DNA of 64,000 nt from Octopus vulgaris (lineage: Eukaryota), in NCBI GenBank assembly GCA_951406725.2, contig OX597818.1:8928001-8992000 (forward strand). The letters are read 5' to 3'. Below, in pieces: positions 12,256 through 25,149 of this stretch. The notes below the pieces were generated by a model. It saw only the letters and a program-made list of their open reading frames with translations, ran no database searches and was not told where the DNA came from. The position numbers were made by a program, and so were the translations under genes. Positions within the stretch are counted from its first letter, which is position 1; every line of letters begins with the position of its first letter.

Positions 12256-12974
12256 TACGAAGTAGGTGGTCATAGATGAATGTAGCCTTGCTGATTTTAC
12301 TAAGAATACTGTATGCCGAAGCGGGCGTTATAACAAAACAATATTATAACAAAGAGCGAACTTGTTCTAAAGATAGCGGATGGAATTTGTTGATACACAA
12401 ACATGAGAGAGTGAAGTTAATTTGAAAAATACGACTTTCTAAACTGGCACCAGCACCGCGACATCGTAAATATGACGTAGGATGATAAAACATAGATATT
12501 CCAAATGGAATATTTGATGTTGGAATTTCAACAAAATTCAATATCCACAGAAATTTTAATACCATGACTACTAAGCTGAAAAATGCACTGAGAGATATCT
12601 TACAGCCATCTCTCTGCAAATCATATTTCCTTAGCCATTTTGCTGAGAGATATGTTCGAAATTTCATTGCAATTTTTTTTTTAAATTGAAATTATCATAT
12701 TTTGCCAATTTTAAATGTAAACGTTCACGTATTTTTAGGATCCTAAATTTGCTTCTTGTAAAGTTATGTAAGTAATAAAGGACTCTAATTATCAAGGAAG
12801 AATACTGTTATGCTTATTCAGTAGTAACCAAAGAAAAAATAAAACACTAGCTGCATTAAGTGCCAAAGTGCCCCTCTAAATGAAATTACAACTACATACA
12901 GAGAGAAAATGAGATTTAGGAGTAGTACATCGAGGTGTGCTGGTGTACATGTACACAAATGTTTATATGTATGT

Positions 12975-13001
12975 ATGCCTGTCTCTCTCTCTATATATAT
13001 T

Positions 13002-13065
<64 letters not shown>

Positions 13066-13145
13066 GAGAGAGAGAGAGAGAGAGAAAGAAAGAAAGATAG
13101 ATATATAGATAGATAGACAGACAGACAGTTAGAGAGAGGAAAAGA
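12975..13145. repeat. Compound TG/TA/GA/GATA microsatellite
   Basis: Directly visible simple repeats. Confidence 0.95.
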
Positions 13146-14798
13146 AGATAAGAAACATTCATCTGCTTCTATGTCTGTGTTAGAAACGTCTATTCATAGA
13201 GAAATGCTATTTAACAAAACTTAAAACAGAATTTGTCGTATTCTGAACAGAAAGTCAGGGAAATTTCTATTTTATATAGACACATCAATGAATGAGTGAG
13301 TGTTAGTATTCATTGAGTAGTTTGAATATCAGCTTATGTGTTTTGTTAGTGTAAAATCATTTAAAAATCTGAAATTTATTTCATTGATTCGCATTGAAAG
13401 CGAGAGCGAGATTATGTAAATCTTACGTTTAAAGATGATAAATGAAAATAATTATTTCCCAACATTTACGAGAAGATTTTTGCCTATGTCACGAGACAAT
13501 TTTCTAACTGAAGTACCTTGTACAAATTGGTTCAAAATGTTTCAGAGAAATTCAGTATAGATTGTACTTGATCAAACTCAAAATACCGTATCCGAAATTC
13601 AAAGGATCAACTTTGTCACAGCCTATCTGACCGATTCTACTTTAAGAATATATATACCTGTAGAATACTCAGTCTCTTGTATAAAGGCTGAAGACAAGTA
13701 CTAATTTCCTAATATACTATAGGTGTAACTTTACATATGCAAGTAAGAAACACCTATAATATTATTCTGAAAACATCCGTCAATGTTTCAAATACTACTT
13801 TTTTATGTTCTACTAAAGACGTGAGGGTGATGCCAGACCTACATATTTGCTTATCAACACAAAAATACATTCGGCCGTCACATCAGGTCAATGCAAAAGA
13901 TACGAAAACGGGTTGCACACAAGAGAATTACCAGTATTCGATTATGCCGGTATATAAGAATTTTTGTGATTTGAAATCAGCACATATAATGCCGGAGTAA
14001 ATAAAAGGAATACTGTCTGACGTTTTAGTGTTCCAGTAAAATCACCTCTGTGAGTGTTTGTATGTGCTGCATTTCTGTTATTCGCAACTTGCAATAAAAT
14101 TCTTTCGTTTCTGCGATTAATGTGGTTGGGTTTGTTGTTGATGTGCCTTGAAAAATTCTCTATTGTTTAGTGGATTTCTGGTACTGCTTGAACGACTGTA
14201 CACTTCTGCAAACACGAAGCTGACAGCCCAAAGATATTATCTATTCAACCTGAAAGACTAAAAACATGATTTATTCAGTTACTTTTAAGTAATATATTTT
14301 TTTAGTTTCATACGAAGTACATGTGGTGGGTGGTAAATTATATTAAGTTTACTTCACGTCGTCTGTTTTTCTTCATTTCTTTTTAGAATTTAATTTTTCA
14401 TTTTATTATTTGTTTTGTTAAAATAAAAAAAATAGCAAATATATTGTACAAAAGCCGGAAAGCAATCTAGAATAAAGACTAATATCTATTAAAAGAAAAA
14501 GGTAAAAACCAGAGAAAAGAAAACCATTTGTTTCAATGTTTTGTTTGCTTTAGTTTGGTTTATGTATTTATGTATATATGAATGTATAGGTAAGATTCTT
14601 CGAGTATGCATACTCTGTATGTGTTTGCATGTGCGATTGTATGTGCATGAGTATAAGTACTATAAAAATATAGATACGCACACGTATATAAAAATACATA
14701 ATTTTATGGATATATATATTATAAATATATATATATATATATGATTGATTGATTCTAGTTTCAGCTCACGAGCTGTGGCCATGCTGGGGCACCGCCAT

Positions 14799-14829
<31 letters not shown>

Positions 14830-14989
14830 GTGTATCTGAGTGTATGTATATTAATATATATGCATTTAGCTTCATTTCTGTACAGATATGTATGAATATA
14901 CAAAATTATTTATATAAATCCATCTATGCTTGGCTATGCCTGTTTCTATCTTTAAATGAATGTATGTGCCTATGTATATATATATGTAT

Positions 14990-15023
<34 letters not shown>

Positions 15024-15504
15024 ATATATACACACAATATTATTTGAAAATCAAGTATGATCAACACATGCACAAGGTCACACCGGCATACACAGACACG
15101 CACAGAGTTGAACTGTATTTTTTTTCCTCTAAAAAATCTTCTTTATATTCCACACAGATCTTATAGTCTAAGCACAAACTTTACTTTCTATTTGAATATT
15201 TAATAATATACTGGTTTTTGTTGTTGTTTATTGGAACATTTCTCTTTCTGGAACTATCTCAACTTGGAATTCAAAGTAAATTATATACCGAAAATATATC
15301 TGCTGTTTTGGTATAGTGTTTTTGCGTCATCATTTTTCTTAGTTCATTATATAAGTGGTGCTGTAGTTATTTATTGTTTTCAAATTATATGTTAGCCATT
15401 ACCATGCCGATATATGACTTAAGTTTTAAAATCGGGCCCACAACTTTAAATCCAAACCTATCTTATTTTGAATATATATATATGTTTATTTTGCTTCTAT
15501 CTTT

Positions 15505-15790
15505 TATATTTTAACTGTTTCAGCCATTAGAGTGTAGCTATGCTGGGGCACCACCGTGAATGCTTAGTCAAACAAAATAGTACATGTGCTTATTTTTCAG
15601 ATCAAGTACTTTTCTTTTACATTGTTTCGTCGGACCGTTAAGTGAAGGGACATAAACAAACCAAAATCAGCTGTACAGTGATGTTGGAGGATAAAGAAAA
15701 ATACACGTAGATGTACATACACGTATAAGACGGGATCTCCCAAATTCCGTCTACCAAATACATTCACAAGCTTTTGGTCGATGCCACTGG
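15505..15790 (-). mobile_element. Degenerate family A SINE (3' half)
   Basis: TGTTTCAGCCATT..ATGCTGGGGCACCACC and TTCCGTCTACCAAATACATTCACAAG match the family A copies. Confidence 0.7.
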
Positions 15791-15942
15791 TATTTCCTAT
15801 TATAATAAGAGAAGCTTAATTTTATCATGTAGAAGAGCAAACAATTTCTTAGTGAGTTCAGGCAAAATACACAGGTTAACCCGTGAATGACAAATGTGTG
15901 TGCCGTTGCAAACAAATTGATGTACCCCAGAAGCACGATCAT

Positions 15943-17070
15943 CAGTGGCTACGGAGCTCAGGGCGAAAGGCAAAGAGCGAAGGCTTTATCTTGGCTGCTC
16001 AAGATCAGAGCTTATTGATCCGGAACTACCAAGTTAATGCGATGTAGACCAAAAGTGCCGATACTGCAACAATAAGATTGAAACATTGGACTTCCTAATC
16101 TCTGGGTGTAAGGTTTTAGGACCGGTTGAGTATAAATTGAGACATGATTGCGTTGGCCAAAATCTTCAGTGGATAATATGTTGGCTTTATAAGATCAAAA
16201 CTGCAGACATATGGTATATGCACAACACCGAGTCTGTAACTGAGGGAGAAAATGTAACGATTCTTTGGAATATTCCAGTATATACAGACCTATTTCTTTA
16301 TTACCCACAAGGGGCTAAACATAGAGGGGACAAACAAGGACAGACATAGGTATTAAAATCGATTACATCGACCCCAGTGCGTAACTGGTACTTATTTAAT
16401 CGACCCCAAAAGGATGAAAGGCAAAGTCGACCTCGGCGGAATTTGAACTTAGAACGTAACGGCAGACGAAATACGGCTACGCATTTCGCCCGGCGTGCTA
16501 ACATTTCTGACAGCTCGCCACCTTCAGACCGGAGAAGCAAAGCTAACAATCCAGATATTCTTGTGAAAAAACAAAACTGTAAAATGCGTATATTGATTGA
16601 CGTGAGCATACCTTGTGATCATGATATCTCGGCAGAAGAATTTCATAAGTTCAGAAAATATAAACATTTGATGATTTGGAATCGAAAGAAAGGTTTACAA
16701 TACTAGTGATTGTAGGAGCACTTGGAATGATCAAAAAAGGAATTGGAAATTATTTGAGGATGATCTGCGTCTTACCATTCATGCAGGAAGTGCAATAGAT
16801 TGTGTTAACTCGTAGGACACTCGTACTGAGAAGAGCATTTTTACTGTGAATATTTTTACCATTTCACCTTCCTTTTCCTTCTTTTCTTTCTTTCATTCTT
16901 TCTTTTCTGCTTCTTTCCTTTTTCCTCTCTGTCCGTCTTTTCTATCACATGTCTCTGTAAATGAACAATCTGGTGTATTTATTTTAATGGCCTTCCACTG
17001 TATACTATAACTTTTTTGCTCTAGGTTTTGGGAAGACACTAGGCAGGAAATGGAAACAAAATGGAAAGAA
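15943..17070 (+). mobile_element. R4/Dong-type non-LTR retrotransposon copy A (degenerate 3' fragment)
   Basis: QWLRSSG..EGFILAAQDQSL, CRYC..IETLDFLISGC, RHD, WNIPVYTD[SINE]RRSKANNPDILV, IDVSIP, KYKHL. Confidence 0.85.
16291..16524 (-). mobile_element. Full-length tRNA-derived SINE with Meta-like domain, 6-bp TSD
   Basis: Head GGTGGCGAGCTG..GTTCAAATTCC; core GTCGACTTTGCCTTTCATCCTTTTGGGGTCGAT..AAGTACCAG. CAGACC is duplicated at 16285-16290 and 16525-16530. Confidence 0.9.
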
Positions 17071-17077
17071 GATATTG

Positions 17078-17587
17078 ATGGCTTCTGACCATAACTGATT
17101 GGAGGTGTTTTCGTGTACATGTTTTTTTCTTGGTATAAATGATGGACTACAGAAAATAGTTTTGCTCAATACTACATATTTGACCATAACCAGTTGAGAA
17201 TACCATTTAGTGGCTGACGATAGGTGCATTTTTTTATCACAAGCGCGAGTAATGGGAAATATTCATAGCCATGTGTTGAGAGGAATTCTTTGGGGTTTGA
17301 ATAATTCACATCTGGGAACATGAGTAGTTCGTTCAACATCTTTAAACAAACCTTATTCAGGAACCTTTTGAGCGGAATAGGCTACTCGATCTGAAGAAAA
17401 TTGTAAATGGGCCACACTTGCACGAACGTGCTAATTCTCTTGACATGAGTTAAGCATGTCAGACACACATGGCTGTGAGGAATGTAACTGATGTACCCTT
17501 AACAGACAGGTAGTCATAATGATTGTACTGGGCTTCGTATATTTTACCATGGTTTCCTTATTGATGGCATGCACTGATCTCTCACTC
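17078..17587 (+). mobile_element. Non-coding AAT-tailed element, copy 1
   Basis: Colinear homolog of 29634-30174, ending CTCTCACTC directly before (AAT)n. No ORF or tRNA head recognised. Confidence 0.75.
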
Positions 17588-17654
17588 AATAATAATAATA
17601 ATAACAACAACAACAGTAGTAATGATAACAACAACAACAACAATAATGAGAATG

Positions 17655-17713
<59 letters not shown>
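17588..17713 (+). repeat. (AAT)n/(AAC)n microsatellite
   Basis: Directly visible. Confidence 0.97.
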
Positions 17714-17715
<2 letters not shown>

Positions 17716-18606
17716 AAAGATAAAGCACTATACTAGAAATTGTAAACGATGAAACTGAAAATAGGTGTGTAAAGAAAAGAATGCATAGTGAATTTCATAG
17801 GGATGTTGAAGATAAGACAGACAGAGAAAGAGTTGGCTGTGGATGACTAAAAGGGATTTAAAACCGGAAACGAAGGATCTAATCTGTACTGCCCAAGAGC
17901 AAGCACTATGAACAAACTACATAAAATGCAGAATAGACAATACAGCAGAAAGTGATAAGTGCAGAATCTGTCGACAAAACAGTGAAACCGTATGGCATAT
18001 TGCCAGCCAATGTACGCCACTAGCCCAGAAGGAATATAAGAGACGCCACGACAATATAGCCAGGCTTGTCCATTGGACACTCTGCAATAAGTATGGAAAT
18101 GACAGAGCAAAAAATTGGTACGGCAAGAAACCTGAAAGCATCGTCGAAAATAGAAATGCAAAGAACCTGTCGGATTTTAGGATACAGTGCGACCATGAGA
18201 TAGAGAATAGGAAGTCGGGCATAGATTTAATTGAGAAAGAAAACAAACTATGCTGGATCATAGATATAGCATGCCCAGCTGACAGCAAGGTATGCGATAA
18301 GGTAGAAAGAAAAGTCGAGAAATATGACAGGTAAGCTTGGGAAGTTAAGCAGTTGTGGTCGATGTAAAAGGTAGCAGTAATGTCAATAATTCTCAGAGCC
18401 CTGAGTAAAGTGAGCAAAAATCTCAAGAAGTTCGAGGAACAAATAGGGGCTGCAATAAGGGTGGAGCACTTGCAGAAAACAGCAGTGCTTGGAACCGCTC
18501 GAATACTCTGGAAGATACTTAAAAAATAAGAGGCGTTGCCTTAGTTCACTGGTAGTGAATAGCTGATACTGTAGTACATCTCCAGCGTTAGAAGCTGTAC
18601 AAAGGC
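17714..18606 (+). mobile_element. R4/Dong copy C (5'-truncated), flanked by AAT on both sides
   Basis: WLWMTKRDLKPET..LICTAQEQAL, CRICRQNSETVWHIASQC, RRHD, IIDIACPAD, KVEKYD. Short 3'UTR then (AAT)n. Confidence 0.9.
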
Positions 18607-18745
<139 letters not shown>

Positions 18746-18759
18746 ATGAAAATGAATGT

Positions 18760-21700
18760 TATCACTTTGGGTAGAGAAGTGTATGTTTAAAGTAACTGAG
18801 CAAATATTAGAAGATCAAGATAATGCTTTTTAGAGAAGAAAGTGGTTGACAGAATTGGAGGTAGAAGAGATCACATGGGGAGCGGTAAAGAAGGACCAGG
18901 CAGTAGGAAAGACAAACAACATAAGAGATACAGCTCAAACCAAAGTAGAACCTAAAGTAAAAAAATTATATCGCTCCCAATAAAGAAGGGACTACTGACG
19001 CCAGCAACTTATGGAATTTAAGCGCGTAAGATCAGAATATTTTAGAATTAGTCGCAGGAAGTAATAAGTAAAGAAGTAAGCAAAAGATTGCCAGTATTAA
19101 AAGGCACAAGCAAAAGGAAGCTGCTAGAAATGATTAGGAAACTAGATTCTATTATCAGTATGATCGATACTAAAAATATAGGAGATACTAACTTATTGAT
19201 CTATGCAGAAAGAGTAGTAGTTACTAGGAGATTTCTTATCTCACAGAGAAAGATTAAAAAAGAGAAAATGTGGAAAAGGAGTGTACAAAATAAAGTGAAG
19301 ACTTTAAGACAAGATCGGAGTAAAATAGAAAATTGGAAACTGAACAATTTAGGAAACACAAAATGCAAATCTTTCCTTGCAAAAAAGATAATTAATCAAA
19401 GACAAATGATTTGGGACAGTAATAGAAAAGTTGAAACAGCGTATCAGAGCATGAACAGGCTAGCTCTTCAGCTATCAGAAAAGAATAGATCAGTATCAAC
19501 AGAAAAGATTAGTTGAGACAAACAAGAGAAGATTTTACAACGAATTAATTAGTGGAAAACGAAGTACTCCAGATTAGAAGGCTAATGCAGAAGAAGCTAG
19601 AAATTTCTGGAGTAATATTTGGGATAAGCCATACAATTATTAGAGATGTAGTATAGTTAAAGAAAGTGAGGGAAGAAGTAGTGAGTTAGAAGTAGCCAGA
19701 TCTAAGATTATCTAGTGCATTAATGAGTAAAATGCTAGGGAAATGACGAAAACCCAGAACCAGATTTAGTTTTAAGTGTAATGGCTAAAGAAATTTAGTT
19801 GCTTACATAGGAGGATGTGGGAATAACTTCAGGATTTCATTAATGGTGGAATATTACTAGGCTGGATGACTAGAGGAAGGACAAAACTCATTATGAAAGA
19901 TAAGAGTAAGGGTAGTACAAATAGCAACTATAGACCAATCATTTGTATACTATTAGTGTGGAAGTCGTTAAGAGAAATGCTTTCAGAAAGCATTTACGAG
20001 CACCTTGACAACACGAATTTACCGTCTGAAGAGCAGAGAGGTTACAGGAAGAAGGCTAGTGGCACGCATGATCTATTATACATAGACAATGAAGTTCAAA
20101 ATGAAGTAAACGCTAGAAAGGAAAATCTAGCAATAGCATTAAAAGACATTGGCAGAAGGAGACTACAAGAAATGACTAGGAAATTAGATTCTGTTATCAG
20201 GAGGATACATACTAAAAATATAGAAGACATTAACTTATTGATATATGCATGAGGGGTAGTAGCCAGTAGAAGATTAGATATCTCACAGGGAATGATTAAA
20301 AAAGAGCAAATGTGAAAAATGAGAGTACAAAATAAAGTGAAGGCTTTAAGGCAAGGTCAGAGTAAAAGAGAAAACTGGAAACTGAAAAAGTTAGGAAAGT
20401 TAGAGTTGAAACAGCGTATCACAGCATTAGCAGGCTAGCTCTCTAGATAGCAGAAAAAATTGATCAGTATCAACAGAATAGATTATTTGAGACAAACCAG
20501 ATGAGATTTTATTACCAAACAAATATTGGAGTACATAGTACTGAAGATGAGAAACCTAATGCAGAGAACGCTAGAAAGTTCTGGAATGATATTTTGTATA
20601 AAGTAATCAATCATAATGGAGACGCAGTATACTTAAAGAAAGTGAGGGAAGAAGTGGTGAGTAAGAAGCAGTCAGATCTAAGATTAACTAGTGCATTGAT
20701 GAGTAAGATGTTGTGGAAATTCCGAACTGGAAGGATCCAAACCCAGATTCAGTTCAAGCGTGTTGGCAATAGAAATTCAGTAGTTTATATGGGAAGCTGA
20801 GGGGACGATTTGAGGATTCCATTAATGGTGGAATAATACCAAATTGAATGACTAGATGGGGGACAATACGCATTACAAAGGATAAGAGCAAGGGTACTAC
20901 AGCTAGCAACTATAGAACAATCACTTGCTTACTATTAGTGTGGAATATGTTAACAGGAATGCTTTCAGAAAGCCTTTACAAGCCCCTTCACAACCAGAAT
21001 TTACTACCAGAAGAACAGAAAGGTTGCAAGAAGAAGGCTTGAGGTATCCATGATCTATTATGTATAGACAAAGCAGTTCTAAATGAACAAAAAGCTAGAA
21101 AACAATTTAACAATATCATGGATAGATTATAGGAAGGCGTAAGACATGGATAAGTGAATGTTTGAGTATGTCCAGTATAGCAGAAAACATAAGAGAATAC
21201 ATTAGCTTTAGCATGAAGTAATGGAAATAGTTCTATACTCAGGTGACACACTCATAGGAAAAGTTAATATCAAAAGAGAAATTTTCCAGGGGGATTTGTT
21301 GTCCCCTTTAATATTTGTTTCATGTTTGATCTCCCTCAGTTTAGTATTAAGGAAGGAAAAAGCAGGGTATCAGTTCAGAAATAGTAATGGAAAATTAACC
21401 ATTTGCTCTACATGAATGATCTGAATCTTTTTAGTAAGAATGAAAAGAGATAGATTCTTTAATACAGACCGTACGACTCTTCAGCAAAGATATAGGCATG
21501 GCATTTGGCATATATAAGTATACAATAGTAGCCATGAGAAGTGGACAAGTAGTCAACAGCGAAGGCGTCTAATTACCAGATCAGCAGACATTAACATCAT
21601 TGAAAGGAGGACAGAGTTATAAGTATCTAGGAATATTAGAATCAAACAGAGGAGTAACTACAGAAATGTAAACGAAGATTCAGTAAGAGTACATCAGATG

Positions 21701-22860
21701 TTTGAAGAAGGTAATGAAGTCAAAGCTAAACGGTTCGAATCTAGTGAAAGATGTAAATCCTTGTGTAGTACCTTTATTTAGATACTCAGACAGAATATTA
21801 GGAAGAAACGAAATATAAATGGAAAACTCCACCTAAGGGCAGGAGTAAGAAGATTATACATACCTAGAAAGGAAGGTGGAAGTGGGTTAATAGCAGTGGA
21901 AGATTGCATGGGGTTCGCTAGAGTGGATATAGACTCCTATGTAGGTAATAGTGAAGAAAATTTATTAAAGGCTGCTAGAGTCACAGTGAGGCAGAGAAAC
22001 TAAAACACCAAAGGAACTTAAAATCAGAAAAAAGAACAGAAATTGTGCGATTTGCAGGAGAAGGCGTTGCATGATAGATTCCCAAAGATAGTTTCAGTTG
22101 TAGTGAGACATATTTAGGCCCGCAGAACGGAAATCTAAATAGGGAGACAGAAAGGTTTTTGGTAACTGCAAATATCAAACATTAAGGACTAATTGGATAA
22201 AAGCCAAAATAGATAACAACCAAGTAGACTCTCAATGTAGATTATGCAAATCAAAAGTGGAAAATGTTACTCATATAGTAAGTGAATGTACCATGCTGGC
22301 ACGGAAAGAATACAAGAAAAAACACGACAAACTAGGGAGAGCAATCCACTGGGAGCTTTGTAGGAAGCTAGTATTTGAACATACAAATAAATGGTATGAA
22401 CATGAACATAGGAAAGTTCTAGAAAGTAAGATGTACAAGATGTTGAGGGACCGGCAGAGTAATAGAAGCTACATGGCCTGATTTGGTAACAGTAGATAAA
22501 GGCAACAGAAAGTGCTAGATAATTGACTTTACAGTCCCAAATGATGAGAAAATTAATATGAGAAGTATACAAAAATAGTAAAGTACCAGGACCTGGCTAT
22601 TGAATTACTAAGACTAGGGAAAGGGCGAGTAAAATGTATCCCAGTGTTTAAAAATACATTCGGAACTATAACTAAAGATCTAAACAGATGGATAGAGGAA
22701 ATAGGGGTAAAACACAGTTTAGTACATCTGCAGAAAACAGTGTTATTAAGGACAGTTAGGAAACTTAGAAGTGTTTGTGGTATCTAAGTTTACTTGCTGA
22801 TTTTGTAGCCCAATGTTAGGATACTTTTCCTTTCCAACAGTGTAATCTATTGAGTTTATA
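18760..22860 (+). mobile_element. R4/Dong copy D, near full length, heavily degenerate, with ~1-kb internal tandem duplication
   Basis: NYRPIIC/NYRTITC, PSEEQRG/PEEQKGC, IFQGDLLSPL, YMND, CRLC..ENVTHIVSEC, KKHD. Segment ~19097-20137 recurs from ~20138. Confidence 0.9.
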
Positions 22861-23003
<143 letters not shown>

Positions 23004-23009
23004 CACTGA

Positions 23010-24365
23010 GCAACACTAGGTGTGGTTTCAAATTGTATAATATTATGCTAAACTATCTGTTTTATATAAAGAGTTCAGCAATGACATCAGGATAGATTTT
23101 GGCCTTGATAAGTGTGCTAGAGCAACTTTGTAAGAGACAAGCTCAGGCAAACAGCTTCCATTTGATTAGTTACTGACACAACCATGAAGGTGCTTGACTC
23201 GCAAAGAAAGTTACAGATACGTGGGAATAAATGAAGGAGATGGTATACAACATGCAATTATGAAGGAAAAATGAGAAAGGAGTATTACAGGAGAGTAAGA
23301 TTCGCACTAAAACTTGAACTCAATTCCAAAAATCGCATCAAAACCTTTATACCCTGGCACCAACAGTAGTCCAATAGAGTTTTTACATCATTAACTGGAA
23401 TCTTACTAAGCCTGGAAAGGATGACAAGCAAACTACTAACATCTAAGAACATGCACCTCCTAAAAGCAGATGTTGATCGCCTGTACCAACCATAAGTAAT
23501 GGGGGAATGAGAATTGTGCTGGTAGAACTGCGCTATAAGACTTCCTAAATAGCAATTAAGGTTTTATATTAGCAGCACAAGATTAAATCTTGCTTACCAA
23601 AATCTACCAGCCTAATTTTCTTCAAAACGATTCTGACACTAAATGCAGATTCTGCGATAAATTGGATGAATCAATAGACCATCTCCTCTCGGTTTGTCCC
23701 ATGTTGACACTAAACGAATGCAAAAATCGCCACTATAAGTTAGGACAGTATTTACATTGGAAAACATATAAACACTGCAAAATCAGCACTCCTGCTTACT
23801 GGTATGAACATCATCTTCATTCAGTCATTATCTTGAAGGTAAAAGTCTTATAATCCTTTAGGATTTTCCAGTCAACATCGACAGAACGATCCACGCTGAT
23901 CAACCAGACATTGTCGTTAAGGACGAGGAAAAAAATACTTGTAGACTAATAGATATAAGTATTCCCTTTGATACAAATATATCTGTAAAGGAATTTGACA
24001 AATTAAGTAAATACATGGACCTTACAATTGAAATACAAAAGATGTGGCATCTTAAAGTGAGAACTGTTCCTGATTTTGTGGGTGCTCTAGGTATAATGTG
24101 AAAGGAATGTCAGAAACATCTAGATAGCATCAAAGGAGAATCATGTCTCAGAGAAATCCAAAAGTTGGTACTTCCCACATCCTTAGATAAACCCTATCAA
24201 TTTAAATGTAATACGTTGTATTATACGTCGATATTTTGCTACTGCCCCTGCCATTTTCCCTTCCCAAACTTTCGATCATACTGTAACATCGCCTATCCTT
24301 CACTCGCCCTAGGACGCTGTGTGTGTCTCGGCAAGTGATTGTAACAAACATGCAGGTTAAAATTA

Positions 24366-24366
<1 letters not shown>
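23010..24366 (+). mobile_element. R4/Dong copy E (older, deleted relative of copy H)
   Basis: FGLDKCARAT, CRFCDKLDESIDHLLSVC, KEFDKLSKY. Nucleotide sequence and 3'UTR align with ~33810-35533. Confidence 0.9.
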
Positions 24367-24397
<31 letters not shown>

Positions 24398-24431
24398 CAA
24401 CAACAACAATAATAATAATAATAATATTATT

Positions 24432-24492
<61 letters not shown>
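24367..24492 (+). repeat. (AAT)n microsatellite
   Basis: Directly visible. Confidence 0.97.
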
Positions 24493-24493
<1 letters not shown>

Positions 24494-25149
24494 GTATTTT
24501 CTTTTCTGAGCATTCGAAAATGTAAACATTCTTCCCTTTGCAAAAATCTTAGTTATTTATTTATTTTTTCCAAATGGACATCTCAAGAATACTTAAAACC
24601 TTTAATATATTACCCAAACACGTAAACACGTAAACTTTTATTGCAACAACACAATTGAACTCAGAAATTAAAAAAAAAATCATCGAGTGAATATCAGAAA
24701 ATATGCGTGTGTGAATATACATATACATATGTGTATGGGTATATATAGCTGGATTGCTTTTCAAGATAACGCTGGTACTAGTAAACAGGTTTGACCTCTC
24801 CCTGACCCAAAATGTCATTTGCCCACCATCTGATGAATCTATTTATAGAACATGACCTGTTGACCGTGGCGATGGTGATGGTGATGGGAATAAGAATAAG
24901 AATAATAAGCTACTGCTGTGACTACACTGAAAACAATGTCATTGATGATGATGATGATGATGACGGTGATGATGATGATGATAATTCTTATTTATTTTTA
25001 TTTTTTATATATTTTTTCTCGTATTTTATTCTCATTTTTTCGAACTAATACAGGCAGAGTGAACCTTTCATAGGTTTAAAAAAATGAATGAATAAATAAA
25101 AAGATGAAGGGAAAACTATGCCCGGAGATAAAACTATCAACAAAAAAAA

